Source: an uncultured Chloroflexia bacterium (GTDB taxonomy: Bacteria > Chloroflexota > Anaerolineae > JAAYZQ01). From it: a DNA stretch of 64,000 nt. Positions 10,003 through 18,021 of this stretch are shown piece by piece. The notes under the pieces were generated by a model. It had not been told where the DNA came from. It did no database searches and worked only from the letters and a program-made list of their open reading frames with translations. Location of the stretch: contig CAVOXA010000010.1 of assembly GCA_963700285.1 (NCBI GenBank), positions 1,888,001 to 1,952,000 of the forward strand, written 5' to 3'. Within the stretch, counting starts at the first letter, position 1. Every line of letters begins with the position of its first letter. The position numbers and the translations under genes were made by a program.

Positions 10003-11160
10003 ATGAAGCTTGGAAGTGAATTTGTGGGCGTCCGCTACACAAACGAGAGAGCGCTGCTCCCTGCCCGTGGCACCATGGCGCACAGGCAACCCCGGGGCGC
10101 GGAGCAAAGCATTTCCGCTGGCTATGACCGGGGGCTATTTGTGATTCCGGGGGACATCTACCAACGCGTGCTTGCCAAGCTGCGGGGGTGGAAAGGATCT
10201 GAGCGGGATGGGTCCAACAAATCCGGGGACAGGGCCGTAGAGAATCTCGGCCCGCGGCTGTCGCCGGTGGACCAGGTCCTGCGCCTGGTGGGTGAGCGCG
10301 GGGTGGGCAAGACCTGGTTGCTGCGACACTTGGCGGAGGACGACGAGCAGGTGGTGCCAGCCGCAGTATACGTTGACCTGCTTGAGCGATGTGACTTTGG
10401 GACACCGGAGGACTTTTGCGACGCGGTCCAGCGACAGATAGGGCTTCGGTGTGGGTCGAAGAGCGCCATCTTGCTACTCGATACCGTTCCCTTGCATCTG
10501 GATGATCACCTTAGAGCACTGGAGAACAAGGTTCTCCGTCCGCATCTGTCTCAAAGGGGGTCGATGGTGATCATGGCCCTGAGCCATCCCTCGCGCGATG
10601 GCTGGCGCGCGCCCATTCTCAGGGGAGGCGAGAGCCTCTGGCTGCACTCCTTTGTACAGCCGCAGACCCTTAGCCAGTTACAGCGTCTAGAGAAGGCCGG
10701 TCAGGTCAAGGTCCGCTTGAACGCGGCCGCTGTTCAAGATCGTGGCGGGGGACTGCCACTTCTCAACTATCTTTTCACCCAATACGAACAGGATGTGGCC
10801 TTCGAGTTCCTTCTAGAGTACGTTTTTCGGCAGATTCCAGCCCAAGAGCGGGCCGCGGTACGGAGCTATCTGGACGCAGTCTGTGTCCTGGAGTCTCTGG
10901 AGCGTACATCCATTGAAGGCGCGCTTCGGGTATACCATCGCGGGCAGCCCCAGGCTGGGCCATACCACCCTCATGCCAGACGAGCCCACAATACTCTCCG
11001 CGAATATGGGCTGGCCCGATCATCTCCCGATCTGCCTGGCAGAATCGTACTGGTTGAAAGCGTTCGACGTGCTGCCAGGGAGGTCCTGCAAGTACGTGCG
11101 CCCAGTTTGTACGCGGCGATGAATGAAGCTGCCCACGGTGCAAGGAGAGGAAAGCCGTGA
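10003..11160 (+). CDS. Short STAND-like P-loop NTPase (start uncertain)
   Basis: Walker A GERGVGKT, Walker B-like ILLLDTV, GxP motif GGGLPLL, helical C-terminus, no repeat region. Confidence 0.7.
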   Translation: MKLGSEFVGVRYTNERALLPARGTMAHRQPRGAEQSISAGYDRGLFVIPGDIYQRVLAKLRGWKGSERDGSNKSGDRAVENLGPRLSPVDQVLRLVGERGVGKTWLLRHLAEDDEQVVPAAVYVDLLERCDFGTPEDFCDAVQRQIGLRCGSKSAILLLDTVPLHLDDHLRALENKVLRPHLSQRGSMVIMALSHPSRDGWRAPILRGGESLWLHSFVQPQTLSQLQRLEKAGQVKVRLNAAAVQDRGGGLPLLNYLFTQYEQDVAFEFLLEYVFRQIPAQERAAVRSYLDAVCVLESLERTSIEGALRVYHRGQPQAGPYHPHARRAHNTLREYGLARSSPDLPGRIVLVESVRRAAREVLQVRAPSLYAAMNEAAHGARRGKP

Positions 11161-14100
11161 ACCCATCGGATTTCACCGGTGCCCGACGTATCCCTTTGGT
11201 TGGGCGCCATAGTTTCCTGGAAGATGCCCGGCAGCACCTCAGGCAGGGAGGGGCTTACCTCCTCTATTTTGAGGGGGATGGCGGCATTGGAAAAACGGCT
11301 CTCCTCGAGACCATCATGGAGCGCAGCCGGCGCGAAGGTGAGGAGCGCGTCCGTTACTCTGGCCGCGTCGCCGACGAGATCATTGATCTGTACCACATTG
11401 ACGTCCACACGCCAGAGGGCCTCATTCGCAGGATCGTTCAGGTGCTGGATGCTACCTCCTTCAGAAGGACCCAGAATCTACTGAATACCCTCGATTGGGC
11501 CCGCAGCATTGGCGATGTAGATGTGGCCAGCGAGGAATCGCGCGCCCTCCATGCAGCATTCCTGGAGGAGTTCGGGTTTCTGGCAAAGGATGGGGTTGTA
11601 CTGGCATTTGACACTATGGAGGTGCTCGAGTACGAGCGCGATGCCTTCCAGGAAGAACTGGGTACAGAGGTCCCCATCCTCAGTGCGGGGCAGTGGTTGT
11701 TCGAATCCTTCTTTCCAGCAGTTCAAGGCAATGTTTTGCTCCTCCTCGCCGGGAGACCAGACAGTCTGAGGCAGAGACTCCAGACGCTTCGTGAGCGCCG
11801 GCCCCATGTCCGGGTACGTTATGCCAGGGTGGATGCGCTTCAAGAAAATGAGGTCATCCAATATCTACAAACAGTCGCCCAAGCCGAGGGCGAGCAGGGT
11901 GATTTTGATGCCGCTGCACGGCTGTGGGATTTTGCTGACGAACGCGGTGACGTTGTGCACCGTTTGACCGGGGGCAGGCCCATCCTCCTGGCCTTGGTAG
12001 CTGACTTGGTGGCCCATGGCTGGGCGCTGCCTACCTCGTTTGGACGCACACTGGAAGATCTGAGCGAACAGAGCCCACAAGTATGGTCGCGGGAGATCGA
12101 GTCGGCGCTGGTTGTACGCATCCAGGAAAGCCCCTCACCCATTGGAGAAGCCATCCACGCCCTGGCCTGGCTCCGCAAAGGGGCCACGCCCGCTCTCCTG
12201 GCCCGCGTGATGGCTCTGAACACAGCCGATGGTAGCTGGGATTTGGGAACGGCCCAGGAGTACCTGGAGGAGGTGGCGCGTCTGACCCTGGTCAAGGTCC
12301 GCTCCGGCGACGGCCGAGTCTTTCTCCATGACGAGCTTTATGCGCTCATGGGCAATCATATCTTGCAGGAATGCAGCCAGGCGGAGCGAGATCGAGTCTA
12401 CCAGGCAGTGTTGGATTACTATGACGATCTCGTCGCCGACCTTGGGCGGCGCGTGGACCGGTCTTCAGTTATCCTGCCCCTCATACACGCCCGCCTTCGC
12501 CAGGCCTACGTCGAACAGATGCATTACAGACTCTGTCATCGCCCTGCCCTGGGCTTTGCCATGTATTTCTGGCTAGCGGAGGAAGCCTTGGGCGGTCGCG
12601 ACGCTGAGATGGATATGCTGCTGCACACGGAACTCTTGCGCACGGTCCGTCTGCTCGACCAGTCTGGCTCTCTTGACGGGCTGGATCCCAAAGAGCTGCA
12701 GTTGGATGCGGCTGTGCGCTGGGGGATGCGAGCGCTATTTCTTGGTAACGATCCAGATGGAGCGCTCGAAATCTTTGACAAGCTGTACCAGGATAGAAGA
12801 GGGGATGCAGAGGATCCGAGTCCGGCGTGGACCCACATGCGTCTCTATCAGGCCGCGGCGAGAATAGAGCGAGCGGGAGAAGGAGACTGGCAGAAAGCCA
12901 GACAACTACTCTGTGGCGTAGTGCAAGAGATGGACGAGATACCCGCTGGCCTTGCAGCACCATCGCCTATGAAGGGAGTATTCTGGTGGGCTCAAGCCAA
13001 TGCAGTTCCTGCAGGGGCGTCGGTGGCAGAAGGCAGGTATTGGCTATCCCGAACACTGGGAGCGCTGGCCCTCAACTACGAGGGGTATCTGGACCAGCAG
13101 CAGGGACGGTATACGGAGGCCATGGCTCACTATCAGGCATCTGCCATGCTCCAACGGCGCCTGGCTATGGCCGGATTGGCTCCCACGCTGACCAATCTTT
13201 CCCATACCATGGCGCTGATAGGCCAGTTTCAGAATGCTCGCCTTCTGGCTCAGGAGGCTGAACGGTGGGCAAGGCACAGCGGCAAAGAGTACGTGCTGGC
13301 CCAGGCCCTGAATGCCCGGGCCCTGGTAGAAATCTACGACAACCACCACAGGGATGCGCTGCGCTACACCGATCAGGCGCTCAAAATCGCTGAGGGGCTG
13401 CGCGCTCCCCGCGTGCGGGGGATGCTTTTCCTCACCAGGGCCAGAGCCCAACGCTATTTGCTGCTTGGGGAGGAGACCAAGATCCCCGAGCCCCAGGTCC
13501 TGGACGAAGCTCTGAAGGAAGCCAATCAGGCCGTGAATCTTCTGAAGAGCAGTCCACCAGACAGAGTGCTGGCCCTTGTCGAGCGAGGATGCCTGCTTCG
13601 GGAGGTAGCCCGTGGCTACTATTTGCAGCAGCGCTACGAACAGGCGGACAGAGCGGCACACAACAGCCAGCGAGATCTGGAACGAGCGGCGGCGCTGGCA
13701 GAAGCCTTGGGCCTTCCCGACCAGCAAGCTCTGGCCTTGATCGGTCTGGCTTGGCTGTGGTATCAGACTGGCCAGATAGATCAAGTGGATGAGGCTCTGC
13801 GCCAGGTGTACCCGGTTGTCCCATCAGGGTACAGATTCCCCCGGGAGGGGGAGCTTCCGCCCATGGCCTGGGCTGACCGCAAGTCGCAAGCTTGCCTGCC
13901 TTTCTGGAGCGTCCTGGGCAAAGCGGAAATGCTCAATGCCTTTGTCGCCCTCGATCAGGCCCAATCCGCCTCGCGCCATATAGAGCAAGTGGGGAGGCTT
14001 CACCAGGCCGTGAGGACCATAACCCTGTCCTTGGCCTACGAAGAGCAGATTGCCGACGCTCACTTTGATATGACCCGCGCGGAAGCCAGCCTGCACCGGC

Positions 14101-14240
14101 GCATCCTTCATGACAGGCTTAGTATCGCTGGCCTGCACCAACATGCCCAGCAAGTCGCTGAAGAACTGAACCTGTCCCGCCCCACCCGTTTTCAAAGGTT
14201 TTTGGATCGGCTGTTTGGGCCGGCTGACTTGTGGGTATAG
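11157..14240 (+). CDS. STAND NTPase with C-terminal TPR array
   Basis: PLVGR, Walker A GDGGIGKT, Walker B VLAFDTME, LAGR, TGGRPILLAL, LHDEL, then TPR-like helices (ALALNYEGY...GRYTEAMAHYQAS). GTGA overlap with the upstream gene. Confidence 0.8.
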   Translation: MNPSDFTGARRIPLVGRHSFLEDARQHLRQGGAYLLYFEGDGGIGKTALLETIMERSRREGEERVRYSGRVADEIIDLYHIDVHTPEGLIRRIVQVLDATSFRRTQNLLNTLDWARSIGDVDVASEESRALHAAFLEEFGFLAKDGVVLAFDTMEVLEYERDAFQEELGTEVPILSAGQWLFESFFPAVQGNVLLLLAGRPDSLRQRLQTLRERRPHVRVRYARVDALQENEVIQYLQTVAQAEGEQGDFDAAARLWDFADERGDVVHRLTGGRPILLALVADLVAHGWALPTSFGRTLEDLSEQSPQVWSREIESALVVRIQESPSPIGEAIHALAWLRKGATPALLARVMALNTADGSWDLGTAQEYLEEVARLTLVKVRSGDGRVFLHDELYALMGNHILQECSQAERDRVYQAVLDYYDDLVADLGRRVDRSSVILPLIHARLRQAYVEQMHYRLCHRPALGFAMYFWLAEEALGGRDAEMDMLLHTELLRTVRLLDQSGSLDGLDPKELQLDAAVRWGMRALFLGNDPDGALEIFDKLYQDRRGDAEDPSPAWTHMRLYQAAARIERAGEGDWQKARQLLCGVVQEMDEIPAGLAAPSPMKGVFWWAQANAVPAGASVAEGRYWLSRTLGALALNYEGYLDQQQGRYTEAMAHYQASAMLQRRLAMAGLAPTLTNLSHTMALIGQFQNARLLAQEAERWARHSGKEYVLAQALNARALVEIYDNHHRDALRYTDQALKIAEGLRAPRVRGMLFLTRARAQRYLLLGEETKIPEPQVLDEALKEANQAVNLLKSSPPDRVLALVERGCLLREVARGYYLQQRYEQADRAAHNSQRDLERAAALAEALGLPDQQALALIGLAWLWYQTGQIDQVDEALRQVYPVVPSGYRFPREGELPPMAWADRKSQACLPFWSVLGKAEMLNAFVALDQAQSASRHIEQVGRLHQAVRTITLSLAYEEQIADAHFDMTRAEASLHRRILHDRLSIAGLHQHAQQVAEELNLSRPTRFQRFLDRLFGPADLWV

Positions 14241-14247
14241 TCGTTGC

Positions 14248-17028
14248 TCAGCCCTGCTTGTTCTGAACGTCCAAGATCACGCCGTCGGGCGCGCGCATGT
14301 ACAACGTGGGAATGACCCAATCTACAAACCTGTTCCACTCAGCATCGAGTACGGTCATGATACCGCGCCGCCCCTCTTGCACGGCGGCATCGACAGGCCA
14401 GCCGCTGGCCAGTGCGCCATAGAACTCGCGACTGAAAGCACCCGCAGTTTGGTCGGCGATGGGCTGCTGCATGGCCACAACTGCAGGGATCCCGCCCTTG
14501 ACCAGTTGTTGCGCCGCGCCACCCAAGGTGATCTCGGAACCGTTGGACGAAGTCTCACAGGCGTTCAGTACAACCAGTCGCAGCTCACTATCAGCAACCA
14601 TCTGGCCCAGCAGCAAAGCTGAAACCGGATCAGCCCGTCCCTCCGAGTCCTCTAGCATCAAGTAGCCATCCTCGCCCTCAAAGGTGCCGTGACCAATATA
14701 GTGCAGTACGTGATAGCCGCCGCGCAACCTGCTCAGCAACTGCTCACGGCGGGTACCCTGCATTACGTCCACTTCTATCCTATTGGGTAGCCGGGCCAGT
14801 GCCGTCTGAATATGACCAAGCTCATCCTCCACATCAAAGGGCCTCAGGTCCTGGGGTTGCGATACCGCTATGAGTACGCGTAGGGGTGGGCGGACGGCCA
14901 GCGGCTTTGGAGGATGGGGTAGATCAAGATAGCGCACAAGGGGAAAACGTACGCGCAATGCCAGGTATTCTTCCTCAAAGATCAACTCCCAGGGCAGACT
15001 CATCAATTCCAGCGGCCCCACGTGCAGCCTGATACGGAGGCCCATCCCCTCTTCCAGACTGCCCACGGTCCGCAGCCAGAGCTTCAGGACGCGTGTCGGA
15101 AAGAGGGCATCAAACAGGGTCACCCCAACCGCCTGCATGTCCTCTGCCGTCGTGTTCTGGCGCTGGATACCTTGCAGGCGCCGCTGGAGCGCGCGGTCGG
15201 GCGGAAAAACGAGTGGCTGCGGAGACACACTGCCAGCCCCCAAAGTATCAGCCTCAACCGTATAGCCCGTGGCGATATCGCCGCGGACACGCAGGTCAAA
15301 GTTCCTGTAGACCTTGAGCCCAGTCTCATTCTGCGCGCCAGGTGCTCCCTGCTCGTCAGCAGGCATCTGGGCATCGTAGGCCGGCTCAGCGCCGCTGACA
15401 AACTGGTCACCGCGACCGGCATGGACCTGTCCGCTCACCGGCTCCCAAAAGTTGTTGATGTAAGTCTGGACAACAGAGGGCAACGGCGCTCTGTATACGC
15501 GATTTCTGCGCAGTCGATACAGCGTGCTTCCTTCAATGTAAAAGTAGTCGTCCTTCTCGCTCCAAGGCCGGCCGACCTCAGCAAAGATGCTTGCCATCCG
15601 TTTCTGGAACCAATGATTGGGCGCTATGCTCCAGACCTCTTCCCTGGGTACCGTCGTGACATGGCCATTGAGACAACGAAGCACGACAGACTCCCCATCA
15701 GATATGGACGCCCTACACTCCTTGCATCTGAGCTGTGGTCCATTGAGATCAAGCTTCTCGCTTTCGCACTTGGGACAAAGGTCTGCTGTCTCCTCGCACT
15801 GACCACATTGCACGCGGAGATATGGGCTAAAGTACTTGCCTGCCAGTGCCTCATAGATGGCCAGCGCGGACTGGGGCACTGTCACACTGGTCAATTCCTC
15901 CCGCTCCGTCTGGAGCAGCGCCTCGACGATGCCCATGATGGCTCCCTTGCCCGCTGAGCGCATCCGCATGCGCTGGATCGCGTCAATGGAGCGATAGAAA
16001 GAGCCCGGCTGGCTGGCCCTCAATTCCTTCACATCGCGTACCAGGTCGGGCAGTCGCTGTATCCCCCAGGCCCGTACCACTGAGGTTGGCAGCTTCTTTG
16101 TAAAATAGATCTTGCCCTTGTTCGAGGTCACACCCAGCCCGCTGGTCATGCCGTTGCCGAATTCCTCCTCGTAGAGGGAACTGGGCCGGGCGTAGATTTG
16201 CTCGCGGTTCAATAATTCTTGCTCGTGAGACTGCCACAAGCTTCGTCCAGAGATGGACTGTCGCACCCCGCTGCCGGGGTCATAGTGAGATACCCTTTTG
16301 ACCTTCTCGATGGAAAAGTGCTTGTCAACAAGCTCCTTCGGGAAACTGACCCGCAGGGGAAAAGCCCTCAGACAGGTGCCCAAGGCTTGTGTCAGCAAGT
16401 CATTGACCCGTTCGTCGCGGGAGAGAATGACGAGATAGCCCAGGTCCAGATCGAGCCATAGGAAGCCGTAGCGGCTCTGAAGAACCTGGTCGGACTCCTC
16501 GTCGGCATTGAGGAAACGATGGGCGACATAGTAGCGGAAGCGGACTTCGCGGATGCCATCGAATCTCTCCTCGTCGAGCAGTACGATCTGACCTGGTGCT
16601 GTCTCGGCCTCATAGTCTTCGCCCGCCACAGACAGCTCAGCCAGCTCAAGGTGATTTGAAGTGCCTAGCCCATCCAGAGCGTCCTGGACAGGTTCCATCG
16701 CCGGTGAGGTCAAGCCATCCGGGAGCAAGTAGAGGTAGAAAGAAAACTGCCGTCCATAGCGATAGTTCTCGTACAGGGTTTCGACGTCAGCAACCGAAAT
16801 GGCTGGCAGCCTATCAGCTTCGGCCACCAGGTCAGCCTGGCTCACGTGACCCAAAGTTGGTTCTGACTGGCGGCTCTCCAGCAACTCACGGAGGGCAAAG
16901 ATGGGTATGTGGTAGAGTTTTTGGAGGTTTGGGAGGCGAGGTCTTTCCGCGAGCCTTTCAGTCTCAACATCGGCAGGCGTGCCTGCTCCCCTGTCTTCTT
17001 CTATCTTTGGCAGGGGCTGATCAAGCAT
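14248..17028 (-). CDS. CHAT (caspase-like) domain protein with unknown N-terminal domain and Cys-rich Zn ribbon
   Basis: C-terminal LPWELI, HYIGHG (His), LVVLNAC (Cys), AVVAMQ, FYGAL. Central CGQC..CPKC..CKEC..CLNGH. Confidence 0.85.
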   Translation of the reverse strand: MLDQPLPKIEEDRGAGTPADVETERLAERPRLPNLQKLYHIPIFALRELLESRQSEPTLGHVSQADLVAEADRLPAISVADVETLYENYRYGRQFSFYLYLLPDGLTSPAMEPVQDALDGLGTSNHLELAELSVAGEDYEAETAPGQIVLLDEERFDGIREVRFRYYVAHRFLNADEESDQVLQSRYGFLWLDLDLGYLVILSRDERVNDLLTQALGTCLRAFPLRVSFPKELVDKHFSIEKVKRVSHYDPGSGVRQSISGRSLWQSHEQELLNREQIYARPSSLYEEEFGNGMTSGLGVTSNKGKIYFTKKLPTSVVRAWGIQRLPDLVRDVKELRASQPGSFYRSIDAIQRMRMRSAGKGAIMGIVEALLQTEREELTSVTVPQSALAIYEALAGKYFSPYLRVQCGQCEETADLCPKCESEKLDLNGPQLRCKECRASISDGESVVLRCLNGHVTTVPREEVWSIAPNHWFQKRMASIFAEVGRPWSEKDDYFYIEGSTLYRLRRNRVYRAPLPSVVQTYINNFWEPVSGQVHAGRGDQFVSGAEPAYDAQMPADEQGAPGAQNETGLKVYRNFDLRVRGDIATGYTVEADTLGAGSVSPQPLVFPPDRALQRRLQGIQRQNTTAEDMQAVGVTLFDALFPTRVLKLWLRTVGSLEEGMGLRIRLHVGPLELMSLPWELIFEEEYLALRVRFPLVRYLDLPHPPKPLAVRPPLRVLIAVSQPQDLRPFDVEDELGHIQTALARLPNRIEVDVMQGTRREQLLSRLRGGYHVLHYIGHGTFEGEDGYLMLEDSEGRADPVSALLLGQMVADSELRLVVLNACETSSNGSEITLGGAAQQLVKGGIPAVVAMQQPIADQTAGAFSREFYGALASGWPVDAAVQEGRRGIMTVLDAEWNRFVDWVIPTLYMRAPDGVILDVQNKQG

Positions 17029-17262
17029 CGTTGTATTTTCCTTTCATCCTCACGAATGGCCCTGGCAAGGTATTCTGACTGTCACACCCGAGGCATCTGC
17101 ACATTCTGGAGCACCCTTCGCATACCATGCTACCATCCATGCGGCGCCTGCGCCCGGGGACCGTGGAATTGGCCCAGTCACGATCCCGGCTGAAATCCGG
17201 CCTAGAACATTCTTTTCTTCTAAAATAAGAGACAAGTAAGGTGAACTAGCTTCTTTATACTG

Positions 17263-17291
17263 ATTATACCACGTTTCTATCTTTTTGACAA
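17263..17291 (-). promoter_or_regulatory. sigma70-like promoter of the CHAT gene
   Basis: Minus strand TTGTCA-17-TATAAT with extended TG, about 235 nt upstream of the start. Confidence 0.6.
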
Positions 17292-17321
17292 ATCAGACAG
17301 AACCCAGTCAGCGGCAAGGAA

Positions 17322-17347
17322 AAGGCCACTCATGAATGAGTGGCCTT
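17322..17347. terminator. Hairpin terminator downstream of the small ORF
   Basis: AAGGCCACTCAT-GA-ATGAGTGGCCTT. Confidence 0.6.
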
Positions 17348-17409
17348 CTGCTACCGGCTGTCCTTGAACGCCAAGCGTCTGGACGCACATACTCCCCTTT
17401 CAGTTGGGG

Positions 17410-17739
17410 CTAGCGGCCTGGGGCGTGAAACTCCAGGCTTCCATCCTGGTAGAGGGCAAGCAGGGCGCTGTATTGCCCGCAAGCAGCCTCAAGGGCTCCG
17501 GGGCCTGACGTACCCACAGAACCCGCTGCAGCGCAACTCGATGCAAAGCCAGCCGATGAACTGGGGGCTGCCTCATTCTCCACCGCTACGATCTCGAACT
17601 GAGACTCATGATGGGTCGAGGCGTGGTCAGCCCAGGCAAACTGGACCGATACCACTGTCATAAAGAGGACAAGTGCCAGTGCTATTGACAGCGCCAGAAT
17701 CCTCTTTTTGTCCTGGCTAAGAATGTACAGATCGCTCAT
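17410..17739 (-). CDS. Small exported/membrane-anchored hypothetical protein
   Basis: GAGGAGG RBS, KKR followed by a hydrophobic helix and AWA signal-like cleavage site, two Cys. Confidence 0.6.
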   Translation of the reverse strand: MSDLYILSQDKKRILALSIALALVLFMTVVSVQFAWADHASTHHESQFEIVAVENEAAPSSSAGFASSCAAAGSVGTSGPGALEAACGQYSALLALYQDGSLEFHAPGR

Positions 17740-18021
17740 TTCTATTCCTCCTCTCTGTTTTCTGTAATACGCTATGGCCAGAATATCACGTGTGATCCTA
17801 CAAAGTGTGTACAGATCTTAACAGGGCCATCAACCGTCTGGCGGGGTCTTGTGTAAGGTTTGTATCGATGCTGTGCCCAAGCAGCCGCGGGGAACCTGGC
17901 AAGGGGGCTTGTTGACATTTGCTGCCTGCTGGCTTTTTGGGTATAATCAGCCAACATCTCTGGCCTGTGCCAAGTGGAACAGTCCAAGATCTGGGACCTC
18001 AAGGATCCATGGGAGTAACTT

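Noticed and set aside
17050-17235. 61-aa ORF or riboswitch in the CHAT leader
   Set aside because: Weak TTG start, no recognisable protein motif and no known RNA motif visible.
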